The notes: generated by a model from the letters alone, not told the origin. A stretch of 64,000 bases of DNA from Dicyema japonicum (GCA_011109175.1 RDEW01000023.1:345225-409224); one strand, 5' to 3'; shown: positions 48,757 to 62,482, numbered from the stretch's first letter. Program-made: numbers and translations.

Positions 48757-50730
48757 TGGAAAGATTGCCAAACTTTCCTTATTCTTGGAAAAGAACAGAG
48801 TAGATATATGCCTTCTGCAGGAACCGAAGCTTTCAGAAATCATTCCTACTTTTCTCTTTAATGGATACAACACAATAATATCCGACCGTCCATCTGGCAA
48901 AGGAGGGGGTCTACTGACTCTTGATAGAAAAGGAATAAAATACCGTGAGAACCCTTCTCCTTACAAAAGCCTAATGGAAGACTCGAACACGAAGCTAATT
49001 GGAATTTCTGTTATAACTTACATTGGAAAAACTGAAATTGCGAATGTTTATGTTCATCCTCCGGGCTTTTGCAAGAAAAATTTCTGCTTTGACCTATCGA
49101 CCTTGGACAAACTGGAGAACTTGCTTTTATGTGGAGACCTGAATACGAAGCATCCTTCTTGGTTCCGCTACCAGGCCGCTGATAACAGAGGAAACCTGCT
49201 ATTATCCCAAATACAAAACTTAATAATCATCAACAATCCGATAAAGAACACTAAGACACCAACACGAAAGACATGGTGACATCTCCAGACTTATTAGTCT
49301 GCTCACCTCGTCTTTCCTCGATCATTAATTTGGACGGTCCGTTATGATCTCCGGAGTGACCACCATTTAATGATAATGAAGCTGAACTGCGAGCCACGTT
49401 TTGTACCAAAGCCTAGTCATTTCTATGATTACAAAAATGCAAATTGGACTGGCTTTACAAATTTTGTTGATTCAAAACTGCAAAATTTCCACCCTGAAAG
49501 TTTTCCTCCATAGAAAGAGCTGTATACTATTTCACCAAAAAATCATTGACGGGAGAAAAATTTTTTTTCAGAAAAGCATATATAAAAAACAAAAAATTAA
49601 AATACGACTCAAAAACAAAGAAAATAATTATGGAAAGAAACACCCTTAAAAGAATAACACATCGATCACGTGAGGTCATTAATCGAATCAGGGCACTAAA
49701 CATTCTGATCACGAAAAACACGAACAACATCCTAAGGAAGAAACTCATGCGAATCTCTGTTCCATAAATAATCAGACCTTAATTTCCAACTTGTGGAAGA
49801 TGTTGAGGCTAAACATCCCCAATGGTTCAGTACCCAGTCGGCAGACAAGAGTGGTCTAATTATCGACTCTTTCGAAAAATGGTGATTATGAATCACCCGA
49901 ACATCTTCAAAAAGACACCAGTCCGAAGAAATGACAACCCAACCTCCCCCAACATATCCTTTGCTTCCTCTAGGATTGCCCCGATGATTTCATGGAACGT
50001 CTCTTACGATTTTCATAGTGATCAAAATCTGATCATATTAAAACTGAGCCTATTCAATAACTCACGTTGAATTAAAGCAGCCTTCAAGATCTACAAGAAA
50101 GCTGACTGGTCAAATTTCAAGCTTTTCATTGACCATAACCCAATACATTTTAATCTCAGCTCATTTTGTTCCATCGACAAAGCTGTGGACCATCTAAACT
50201 ATGTAATCCTTCGAGCTGAAAAGTTGTTTGTCCCACGTGCAGTTTACATATCCTACAAGACTACTCTGGACTCGGAGACTCGTCTCCTCATCAAGCAAAG
50301 AAACTCCCTGAAGATGAACCATCAACAAACCTCTTCTGATTGGGAAAATATAAAATGTTTAAATCAGAGAATAACAAAACTCATCAGAGAAAGAGAGATA
50401 GGGTGGAACCGCCTATTATAATCCATTGGACATAAAAAATCCACAGGTTTTTAACGGAAAACTATTTGTCGAATTTAACTAAACTTATCAGATGTATCAG
50501 AATCCTTTTCTGCTCCAAATAATGAACTAGCTAACAACCTAATGAAATATTTCATCTATAAGTCACAAGGACTTCTCGAAAACTCATTCTTGTCAGCTTC
50601 GGAATTTAATGCCTAAACCAAATTCGTGGATCGATTTATTTACACATGTCGAGGTCACATATGCTATAAGATCGATGAAGAGATCTTATACGTGTGGTCC
50701 TGACGATATTCCGGGAATTTTGCTATTATT
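48757..50730 (+). mobile_element. Two further fused Vingi-like LINE fragments
   Basis: 48757-49410 near-identical to 16450-17105; a second APE-end/linker fragment starts at ~49780. Confidence 0.8.
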
Positions 50731-50749
50731 TTCATAAAATATATACTTT

Positions 50750-51700
50750 CTCACTAAAAATTATTATTTTTTAAACTCGCTAAAAATGGTTTCGGATAAT
50801 GCATAAGTACCCAGGTTTCCAGAGCAATTCAACTACAAACATGAAGGCTAAAAACTTTACCATGCACTTACTGACAGCCTTTATTTAAGAGATAAGAGAG
50901 GAACGACTTAATTTTATGTCTACGACACTAGAGGAACACTGGAGGTACATTGCTTACGTCCTAAAAAATTTGAGATCACATAATTAGTTGGAAATATCTT
51001 GGAAGGTAACTTGTCTCTTCTCAGATTTTCTCTGATTATTATAAAGTACGAACCAACTCGGACTTTTAGACTATTTTGACCTAGCTATCTTCATTCTTGA
51101 TGGGATTTTTCTAGGTTAGGCCATCACTCACTGAAGTAAACTTATAGAACGTCCAACAATTTCAGCTAAGCACTTGAAGGTTCTCGACTTCCTCTGGTTA
51201 GTAAGGATGAAATAACGGTATTTACAGAATTTATAAAGCAGACAGGTATTCTGAGCTTTATCGTTCATTTTTCAAAGTACTTGAGATCAACTGAATCAAA
51301 GGCCTTAGTCAGTTCTACCCACATAGCCTAGAACTCATTGCCATATTAGTAGCTCTTGCTGATAATTTGATATGGTAAATATTGCTATTATCTCCAACTG
51401 ATACAACTAATATTGACATAAGCAAATATATTGTGGTTAATGGCCTTTTAGGGTTCTTCAGTGCAATAGTTGTTTTGCAATCCAGAAAGCCATTAACAGA
51501 ATCATCGATCCTAATTTCGACTCTGATTCTTGAAGCACTTTACTCGAACGACTCGAAAATTTGTGTGGGCAGCCAATTTTTTGAATTAGCAATAAGTAGT
51601 AAATTTAAAATTTAAAATAATTTTAACTTACAACTGAAACTATACATTTCTTTTCTTCTAGAGATTGCATGCTTCCTGATATAAACTTGATCCATGCACA
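50750..51700 (-). pseudogene. Highly degenerate LINE RT remnant
   Basis: VELTKAFDSVD motif near 51290-51325. Confidence 0.4.
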
Positions 51701-51851
51701 TTAAAAATTTGAACGAAGGGCTCTAAACACATGATCTGCTCAAACCTCACATTTTGCACATAAGCAAACCATGTTAACAAATTTAAATTAAAACTAAAAA
51801 AATAAAAGAACATCAAATAAGATCTAACACCAAGAAAGTATATTCACTAAT

Positions 51852-52205
51852 TTAATCCTGTCTGTTCTTTAGATAATTGTACACCCACTGTTTCACTGTT
51901 TTCCTGTTTTTGGGGGAGTACATATTGCACTCAGTATTGAGCACGAGACATGCCATGTCGTAAAAGTTGTCCATAAAGTCGAACAAGTCTTGTATATCGT
52001 ATGTAATTGATTCACAGTGAGGAGACTGCTTTCGAAGGTTTTCCTCAAATAAATTACAAAGTGCTAAAATTAACACAGTCAATTTACCTTTTACACAATC
52101 TACCTCGGTTTCGTAGTCAACATACATCTTAGTTGAAGATTCTTTGGTGATCTGATACATAAATAAGGTGTGAGACTAGAATAAATAACGTTCACCACAA
52201 ACCAT
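51852..52205 (-). CDS. ERH: Enhancer of rudimentary homolog
   Basis: ATG-only first coding exon, introns 52176-52202 and 52064-52087; MSHTLFMYQ..YVDYE..ITYDIQDLFDFMD..DMACLV matches ERH. Confidence 0.93.
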
Positions 52206-52437
52206 ATTGAAAGTAATATTAAATTTAAATTTAAAATAATTATCTAAGAATTATTAATAAATAAAAATAATTTTTAATTAAAATTGATCAAAATTTGTTT
52301 AATTAATTAAGAAAAATTAAATTAGTTAAGCAGTTCGAGGTTCCAACCTTCTCATATATCAGATCCAAGATAGACACTTCGATAATCGCTTTCTCAGCAG
52401 ACGAATTTCTGAAAATAAAAATATTGTTTCCAATTAC

Positions 52438-53330
52438 ATGGTGCCGAAAAAGGACTTGACGTCCGGAACCTGTTGGCCATTTTTTTGGAAAGACAGAGGT
52501 TCTACAAGAATGGAGTCTGTTCTTACTATTATTTCGGTGAACGCCCGATCCTTAAAGAGAAGCCGTTCTGAGATTTTTTATATGTTATCCACCATTCAAG
52601 CTGATATATTAATTGTTAATGAAACGAAGTTAAGAAGTGAAAATAATTTTCAACTTGAGGGATATTGTTCTCTTGACATTAAATGGAAGTCTGATTCAGT
52701 TGAAGGAATGGGCACATCTCTGTTGTACAAATTAAATCTAAGGGTTCGTAATCCGAAGATCATTTCTCAAGAATTATGTGAATTTGTTTTCCTGGACATA
52801 AAAGTGGAAAATATGTGAAAGAAAATTGGAAGAATATATTTTAAAAGGAATATATTTGGTTGAGGTGGTTACGTTCTCTTTGAAATATGTCTTCTTCGCA
52901 TTTGATTACCCATTGTCCATTCTCCCTCGGTACTTTCAGCACTCAAGGTTTAAGTTCATTACCATAAAACATCAAATTGAAGGTGATTTATCAATTCATG
53001 GGGTCAGTATTTGCTATCTTCAAGAAACGAAAATTACCGTATATTCTATTGTGAAATTGGATGATTATTATATAATTACTTTGGAATCTGAATGTCGATA
53101 TTATGATCTTGGATTTGCTGTCCAGAGATCTTTATGGCCTTGTGACACATGTAGGCGCTGTCTCGGATCGTATTGCAATCATGCAACTCAAGTTCTGAAC
53201 GAAACCTAATTCTGTCAGCTCTATCCTCAATGTCTATTCTTCGACCGCTGTCTAGGTTAATGCCGACCCTGAAGAGCTCGGTGCGGTCTACTCATATTCG
53301 ACTTGGACATATATATTATAGGCACGTACG
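52438..53330 (+). pseudogene. Two APE endonuclease fragments of decayed LINEs
   Basis: ISVNARSL..IVNETKL (52438-52818); ICYLQETK..LGFAV (52960-53330). Confidence 0.65.
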
Positions 53331-53379
53331 CAATGCCAAGATCATGACAAAGCATGTGCAACACGAAAAGTTAACAATC

Positions 53380-56330
53380 TAATTAACGTCGCCCATCTTT
53401 TTCGATCCGTTGCCATGTTCCGTAGCATATCTAGATCGTCCCCATCTTTAAGGCACTTTCCAATCCTCCTGAGATCTTCATCTAGAATAACCGGCAGTGT
53501 TGTCCTCGGCCGGCTGTGGAAACGAGAAACCTATAAGATAAAAAACTCCTCCATTACTATGTTGGCAAAAGTCCCCATATCGTGACGGAGTATGTGTCCA
53601 AAGAGCCTCCCTATTGAATCAGTAATATCACATGATATTGGCTCAGTTCCTGTTTTCTTGTATAAGATTTCGGACGGCATTTTGAAAAAGCTTCGGAAGA
53701 AAGGAGTGCTCGGAGATGATTTGAAGAATTCAACTTTTCGAGTTCCTGCCCTGTACATGCCCATGTACCGGCATTATATAATAGGATTGGCCTCTCTAGG
53801 GCATTGTATAGTCTCATTCGAGTTTTAGGGTTTTAGCCAGGTCTTCTTCATTCTGTTGAAAGCGACATTAGTTAGTGTCTTCCTTCGTGTTATATCTTCT
53901 GTGTCACCGAGAAGGGATCCTAGTTTTTTTGATCTACGCCAATGCTCGTAGGTCCTTTCCTCACTTCTTTTTAGCTCCGTGATTTCGATTTTGTTTGTGT
54001 TTACTTTTAATAACCACTCAGCCATTTTATCAGGCATTTTCTCCAAAAGTGCAATTAACTCTTCTTTGTTATTCGAAATAAAGTCCACGTCGTCCGCATA
54101 TGCTATTATGCTCGTTCCTTCTCCGATATGAGGCTTCAAGTCTCGTAGAGTTGCCTCCAGATAGATAATGAACAAAATCGGGGATAATGGATCTCCTTGA
54201 GGGTACCAATTGTCGTTTCAAATGTCCTCGATAAAGCTTTAACAGTCCTGACCATCAAACTCGTGTCCGTCACGAGTGTCCTGACCATCCTAATCGTTGA
54301 GCCTCCAAAAAGTGCTCCAGTATTTGCAGCAGCTTGATCCTGTTGACGGAATCAAAGGCCTTTGACATATCAATCCCCAGAATGTTGTCGTTATTTTAAA
54401 TTTTGAACAGTCGCACATCTCCATTTGTGGCTCCATATAACATCTGACGTTGCTCTCCCTTTGCGGAAGCCACTTTGATATGCCGACAGGTACGAGTCTA
54501 GGCGTCCCTCCATTCTTTGAAGCGTAATATTGGCTAGTATCTTCCGTAATGTGTTGGTTAAACCACTGGTCTTAGGTTCTCAACTTTCCCCATTTTTTGT
54601 TTGGCTTCTGTACTGGTATCAATAGTCCTTCTCCAAGTGGCAAAGTGGCTCCTTCACTATACGTTTCGTTTAGAATCCAGGCAATTATCATTATAGCTTT
54701 TGAGTTCCATATTTGAAAAATTCACCATTTAAGCCATCTGGGCCGGGACTCTTATTGTCCTTCAGTTTGTAACTTGCTGTCATCACTTCTTCCAAAGTTA
54801 TTTTTTCGTCTAATTTTCCTGATCCGTATTAATGGTGAGTTTTTTGCTATTTTTTGATACGAATTGTGCTTCAAAATAATCCGCTATAAGTTCTGGAATT
54901 TCTTGTTGGTTAGCAATATGTTTTTCTTCTTCATCTCGTAAAATCAGTGTTTTCCTTGGTAGTTTTCTGATTTGTCTGAGAGCTTCATAAAACTTCGCAA
55001 TGTCTTTAAGGCCTTCGATTTTCTCTATTTTTGTTATTGTTTCGTTCTTGTTTCGTTCTTTAATATTCGACGTGCAGCTTTTCTTATTTTCTTTTTGATG
55101 ACTGTTCTTTCTTTTTGTAGCCGCTGTTTCGTATTTTTGTCATCTGTATTTAGACATTGTATCCAAATTGCCTTTTGTTGATTTGCAAGGAGTTTCAAAG
55201 CGGTTGCTTCTTCAATGGGTGTTTTAGTTACGTAGTCCTCTTTCAGGTATATATCCGCAGCAATCATGATCTTCTGTTTGACCAAGGTCCACGCAATTTG
55301 CGGTGCCAAATCTACTGATATTTCTTCCAATCCCTCATCGAGGTATTTTCTGAATTCCTCTTCCTGGATAGTATTGTTCTTTAGATAGTCTAAAACGTAT
55401 CCCTTCCCCCGCAGTTCCGTGTGTCCATTGCACTTTCTTAAGTTTCTTAATGGACATTTTGGCAATAACCATCTTGTGATCGCTGTCAATTATAGACCCT
55501 CCATAAGCACGGGCATCAGTGACAATACTGCGGTCTTTTTGTCTGCAAATAATGTAGTTTATTTGATTGTAGATTTTCGCAATGCTTCCGTCAGACTTAG
55601 TTCTATTGCTTGACCAAGTTGTCCTGTGTCTTGCTGAGTGCATAAAGGCCGTGTCACAAAGGAATAGATTATTTGCTTGACAAAAGCTAGCTAACAAGGT
55701 TCCTGCAATGTTCCTTTTCCCCTTCCATGTCTTCCAATGAATGCTTCTTCTATAGTGATTCGACTTCCAACTATTGCATTAAGATCACCGGCAATCAATA
55801 TTAATGTGGAATTTGCATAATTGGAATAAACATCAGACATATTCGCATAAAAGTCGTCAATTTCTTCGGGTTTCTTATTGATCCATCCACTATGTGGAGC
55901 ATATGCGTTAATAATAGTAAGATAACTCTTCGGAGAGTTATAATCGTCCAATGTTATTTGTAGAATCGCAATCCTTTCATTGATTGTCCAATAACGGTAT
56001 ATGCGCCGGAGTAGGTCCTTTCTTACAGCAAATCCGAGTTCGTAATGTTTTGATCCCCCAGAGAGAAAGATTAACTGAAACTTTCCATGTTGTTCTTCAA
56101 ACTCCTTCGATATTTTTGTCTCTTGGAGACATCCGACTGATATCTTGTATTTTGAAAGGTCTTCACAAAGTTCTTTTCTTTTCCATGCACTAGAGAGTCC
56201 TCTGACATTGAACGTTAAAAGAGAGAAGTCATTTAGGTTGCAATTTTCGTGTTTTTCAGACATACTTTTCAAGAGGGACGTCACCATCTCAACCAAAGAC
56301 TTGGACATATGACTCACTTTCGTCATCATT
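53380..56330 (-). mobile_element. Near full-length decayed RTE-clade LINE
   Basis: TFNVRGL, CLQETK, INAYAPH, AGDLNA, SDH, YADD, LYNAGTW, LFGHILR. Confidence 0.88.
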
Positions 56331-56559
56331 TTTGATGGTCATAGGTGGTGACTGGAATTCTAGCGCTGGTAAAGTGAGGAATGAGGAGACCTGTATTGGA
56401 TCGCATGCTCGGAACCGTAGAAATTCCTCTGGTATTTAATTGGTCCAATTCTGCTAATCCTACAACTAATTTATTACAAATACTGCTGTTGAGCATCCAG
56501 CAATACATAAAAATACTTGGGTTGGTTCAAGAAAAGATAAAAAATTAAAATATACAACC

Positions 56560-57900
56560 AAATCGACTATATCTTGTGTAGAAGAAGTAACAAAACCTTA
56601 TAAGAAACTTGAAATCTCAAGATGGCCTCGAAACATCTAGTAATTACAAACTAGTGATCAATCGATTCACTTTAGAAAGTTTGTACAACCTGCGAAACGT
56701 GGAAAACCAAAGCTTGAAAGATTTGATATAGAAAAACTATTTACAATAAAACAAAGCTGAAATTGTATGGCGAAAAACTCAGAGAGGAGATAATTAAGAT
56801 AGATGCAGTCAATAGTGCACAGGATTTGGGAGTGACGTCGAAGTCGCAATGAGGAACACTACAGCTTTGATTTTGGGGGCTCCTCATAAAAATAAACTCA
56901 AATATAACAATGGATAAACATCATCCTTATATGCAGAACAGAATAATTTGAGGATCAGAATTAACAATTCAAATATACCGAGTATGAAAAAAGAGTTAAG
57001 GGTAGCTCATAACCATATTTTGACAAAAATCAAAAAAAACTTCAAAAATATCAACTCAAAAAAGTAGTGAACAAACATATTAGGGAAATCGAGAGATATA
57101 AAGATAAAACCAAAATGTTCAAATCCATTATTAACAAAAAGAAAAGGCCAGATAACATAGTTAGTCGTTACCAACTAGGACGAAAAGTAACGAATGACAT
57201 TTGAAGTGGACAACGACTTAATTGATTTGGAACGCGATTCAATTAAAATATAAACGGCTTAATTAATATGTAAAACTACTTAATTGTTGTGGAAAATGAA
57301 TAATATGAAGTGGAAACCCTGCATCGTAATACATCGAATCAAAAATAAAGTCAACAAATTCTTATCAACTGGAAAAGTGGATTCAGAGAAGGAAGGTCTA
57401 CCGCTGACTTCGTCGGACACACAAATGATCTGGAACTTTATGCCAAAAATACAAAAAATGTATAGAAGTTCTTGGGACCGACATTTCTCGTGCACTTGAT
57501 TCTGCCCACAGAGGCATACTCATTAAAACCTTATAAAATTTTTCTCAACACGGATGATGTTATAATGATCTCCATGCTCCTAGAAGATACTCATCTAGCA
57601 GTAAAATTAGGATATTCTATCTATAACTTTTTTGAAACCGCTCGGAGAATTCCACAGGGTGACTCTTTGTCCCCCTATTACGCCTCACTCAGAATGAAAA
57701 TAGTCACTATTTACATTCCTCCTTCATCTTCTTGTTTTCATGGCTATCGCGCTAAACTGGGTCATTTCACTCGAATCAAAAAAGTTTTAATCTGTGGCGG
57801 CCTGAATGAGAAGAGCCCCCTCAGGTATATAAAAAAAACTATCGGAAGAAACTTATTCATATCAGATAACATAGATGACATAAAATGTATCTTGACTTGG
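56560..57900 (+). pseudogene. Degenerate RTE RT remnant fused to a Vingi APE fragment
   Basis: SGFREGRST, IPQGDSLSP, then TIYIPPSSSC..ICGGLN. Confidence 0.6.
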
Positions 57901-59959
57901 CTGCGTAATGCCAACGTTAACGTGTGTCATGTGGTTACTTGATTGAAAATTTCTGTTTGTTTCATCCGTTCCGCCCCTTCACTTTTTAATAAACCATATG
58001 TCGTCAATATTTGTTACTTTTAAAATCATTAAAAATCGACACAAGATTTTCAATTTTAACGAATTTAAATCATATCTAAAAACTCATAATATAATCTCTG
58101 TAGTCCTGTCGCTGCGGAGGCTCTTTCCATTTAATAACGTGTTGTTGTGGACAGTCGTTGTTGTGATTATGCCTGTTGTGAAAAAAGCACATGAAAAGAA
58201 CGTTCCACTTCGAGGGAAAAGGTACCAGCCAAATCAACTGAGATGTGTTCGTCCTGTCGCTTGTCAGAACTCGGAAGCGTGAGATCTCCTGCTCTGCTTG
58301 TGAAGATTTTTTCCATCAAGCTATCCCAAGCCGCAGCGAGCGTGCTTGGAGTATAGCACTGCCAGTCATGCCTCGGTCTATACAGGGAGGTTCCCCGTGC
58401 GCGCGCTAATGTTAACTCTCCCGATAATTGCCCATCAACCTCGGACCCTGAAACGTTTTTAAGCTTCATTTCTGAATTACGTTCTTCACGGACTATCCCT
58501 GTGAGGATTCCCAAGGCCGTACGATCTTTCGCTGCGGAGGCTCTTTCCAAAACGATCGAAGATGAGGCTCTTGCTCTTTCCAAACGCTCTTTCCAAAACG
58601 ATCTTTCCAAAACGATCGGACTGATTGGATGTGCTCATTCAGTTCTGCGCCTTCGACTTGATCGAGATGGTAACGGAAAAGAGTCTCTCGCTACCACCAT
58701 GAGGACCAACATTCGCTCTTTTATGGGAGGTGTCAACATCCCCAGCTTTTAACCGTACGAGAGAGACACGTGGACAGAACGAGGGAGTCGAAGTGCTCTT
58801 TTTTCAAGAGAACTGTTCGGACGAAGTTAATCGAAAGTGGTACCCGCGCAGTCATCAGGGCACTTTCCTCAAGTGGACCGCGAAAACCGACTCCCGACGC
58901 CTACAATATTTACTGAACAAGCATCCTCTGCTACCCCAAAACCTACGCCCAGTCGCTTCCCCATCCGGAGTGAGTCCCTTGATTGCATCAAACAATGAAG
59001 TTATCCTCGCAATACGGAATTTTCTACCTAGTAGCAGTGTCGGGCTCGAAGGAATGAGACCTGACTATCTGAAGGATCTAACCTCTTTCTCCGTAGAAGA
59101 CCAGGGACTTCGTCTTACGAATTCAATTACTTCACTTATGACCTGAATCAGACATACAGCCTACATTCATCCTTACTTTTCGGGGACTACCTAATCTATT
59201 CGTATTCTAGAGTGCAACAGGGAGATTCCCTTGGACCCCTATTGTTTTTTCTTGCAATAGAGAAAATCACCAAACTTCCGCGCTCGCCCTTCAACCTATG
59301 GTATCTGGATGATGCGGTGTTCGGAGGACCCCCCGGATACTGTTTTCCGTGATTTGGAAGTGATAATTCCAGCACTGTTGGAAACTGGACTAGAATTAAA
59401 TTACACTAAATGCGAAACCTACAATTGCGGACTTTCAGAAGAGAAGTATTCAAAAGCTTTGTCATCTTTCGGAAATTTACTGCTGGAAGTATTTCCACAC
59501 TCGATGGAGACCTTATATTCCTCGGATCCCCAATCACCATAAATGCAATGGGAAGAGCTATGCGTGAAAAACAACTATTACTCGGAGAGACTTTAACCGA
59601 TTATGTCTACTTGACATGAATACGTCATTATTACTTCTGAAAAACAGTCTCAACTTACAGAAAATTGCATATGTCCTGAGGAATGCTCCCTATTTTACCC
59701 AGTGTGACCAACTCGCAGATTAACTGGATCTTAGTACAAAAACGGAACGTATCTTCAACGTCCGGTTCGAGGATTACTCATGGAAGCAAGCCACGCTGCC
59801 AGTGAGACTCGGAGGACTTGGAATTCGCAACCCTGTGGACCTTTTTCTTTCTTCATATCTATCATCGTGTCGTCTTTCTTCATGCGGTTCACCTGTTATT
59901 GTGGTGGCGCTCAGTGCAAGTTCTGCATGGAAGAGAACCGTTCGACTTTCCCTACCTTT

Positions 59960-61830
59960 CTGCGATCTTCAGAAGGGTGGCCTACCAACTCCCTCGTTTT
60001 CTTTTTACTACTTCTGTTTGGTAACGTAGAACCAAATCCGGGACCAACTGCACACTGACTATTCTACAGTTAAATGTAAATGGAATCCGCAATAAAGTGT
60101 TGAAACTACGATCCCTTTTATCCCATTTGAAAGTGGACATTGCCCTCATTCAAGAATCGAAGCTCTCTATAAAGTCCCCAACACCTTGTTTTCCTGGATA
60201 TTGTGTACTTCACAGGGACCGAACAAGAAGTTTCGGAAAAGGACTATTGACTATCGTTAAGGATGGACTTAAATATACGGATGTCACCCCTTCTGTATCT
60301 TCTCTCTGCGAAGGGGATCTTATTCTGGAACAGATTTCTATTAAAGTTCCCTTTTCTTCGACGAGATGTTTTACACTGTGTAATGTCTATATCCCGCCTC
60401 AGGGGTCATGTACTACTTCCTACATCCCCAACCTATTGAGACTGTGTGGACTAAAGGATCTGCTACTATGCGGAGACCTAAATGGCAAACATCAACTCTG
60501 GCTCCGGACACAATCAGCCGACAGTCGAGGCGAGTACATTTGACTATCTTCAATGAGCCGGACGCTCACACAAGGACCCCATCCCGCAGAAGGGACAGTC
60601 CAACATCTTCGGACCTGTCCCTCTGCTCTCCTTTTACGGCCGGATGTATTTCATGGAATGTTCAATATGGTTTCTCAAACGACCATAAACTCATTGTGTT
60701 GAGACTTAGAAAACCTATTTGTTCACCGTGTTGTTTTACAAAGTTCAAAAATTACTGACCTTATTATGGTTAATTTTACAGTAGAGGAGATGGCCAAGAT
60801 TCTGTCTGGTATCATTTTGAAAGCTGATTAACTATTTATACCTGTCGCCTCTTACAAGAAGTTCAATCCAAGATTATTATCGCAAATTGTGTCACTCATC
60901 AAGAAACGAGATGCGCTGAAGAAAAAAAGAACGCAGACCAATAACACCTTTTACTCCATACGTTCACTGAATACCAATTAATCTGAGCTTATCCGAACTA
61001 ACAACAGACTCAAATGGAGCCGCCTAGTTGGACGACTATGTCACAAAAACTCTTGTGCCACATTTTGGAAAACGCTAAAAAGGATCAATAGCTTTATCAA
61101 TGAAGAGGACCGCGGAACTGAAACCGCTACCCGCAACGTTTCGGAACCCGCACGCAAACTCGCAAACAAGATTATGAAGTACTACATATCGATCAACCAT
61201 AAAGATTTTTCTCGTTCTACACATGTTGAACGACGCGGACCGCAACAAGAACCGTATTCCACCTTCTTCACCCCCATGATGTTGACATGGCTATTAAATT
61301 GCTACGTCCCACTCCTGCTTGTGGTCCCGACGGTATTTGCACCATTCACCTCAAACACCTTGGACCTCAGGCACGGGCCATACTATCAAGACTGTACAAC
61401 GACTTTATCAACTACCATACGCTACCTAATATATGGAAGAACTTCCTGATTATGCCAATTCTAAAGCCTGGAAAACCAAAAGACGTTCCCCTTTTCTTAC
61501 CGCCCGGTCTCAATAACTTGTGTTTTATCAAAAGTGCTGGAAAAGCTTGTATTAATGCGTATCTCTCCTATTCTACATCTACCAGAATATCAACATGGTT
61601 TCAGAGCAGACCGTTCTACAACGACTCATTTGGGTTCTATCTCCCAGTTTATTACGTCAGTAAGGATTGAATTCCTTTGCAGAAGAAAGAGAAGGCGCTT
61701 CCGGAATGCGGTTGGGTCATCAGAAGACCGAAGAGAGTTCGGTTGTTGTTGGAGGCTGGGATCACCTAATTAGTTAGTTTTGACCTATCTTTCTTGGTGG
61801 TCTTGGGGTTAAATAAATAAAATAAAAATA
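59960..61830 (+). mobile_element. Internally deleted Vingi-like LINE
   Basis: LLLFGNVEPNPGP (motif 60023-60046), APE, RT to QHGFR, then 3' end with stem 61756-61806 and TAAA tail. Confidence 0.85.
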
Positions 61831-62271
61831 TTTACCATCGCTAATGGCCTGTAACACCCATGTCAAAAGGATTCTACACTCTCTACTTGAATTCTTTATT
61901 GACAAAGACACCGGCCATGCTCATGAGGCCTGGAGCCGCACTTCCTCGTTCTTTCAGCGGAGCCTTGACGATGCTATATGCTGGAATTTTTTTCAAAGAT
62001 TTGCTAGTGTCATCTAGCCAACATCGCCGTGCCTGTTTGTTGTCGGGGGCGTCTTCCGAGAGCGGTGCCTGTCTCAACGCCATTCTCAATGGAGTTCTGG
62101 GTACCTTCCTGGATAATTAATACGTCCGTATTAGGATCTCATTGCGACTGGGATTAAAAGTCTGTGTTCTACATTTGTACCGATGCGGAGACCAGATCGA
62201 CTGTTTTGGCCTACACCCTCTCTCCTGCAAGAAGAGTGCAGGCAGATTTACCAGACACATGGCCTTGAACG

Positions 62272-62482
62272 GTTTGACGAGTGACGCCGTCATCAGTGAA
62301 TACTCACTGCGGAACTGGATTGTCTAGAAAGGACACTCACACAAGAAAAAGAAAAAAAAGAAGTGAAGATCATTCCTTGGTTCTACGATTAGTTAAAATT
62401 AACTGTTCTTTACTTAAATAAAGTGTGTGTCCTGCCTATGCGGAGCTAATACCACGGCTCCGTGAAAAAGGCTGTTATTATT
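62272..62482 (+). mobile_element. 5'-truncated tRNA-SINE copy
   Basis: Near-identical to the body of 18598-18913; 13-bp TSD ATGGCCTTGAACG at 62259-62271 and 62483-62495. Confidence 0.92.

Noticed and set aside
56330-56520. HDV-like ribozyme at the RTE 5' end
   Set aside because: Only a simple hairpin found; no P1/P2 pseudoknot
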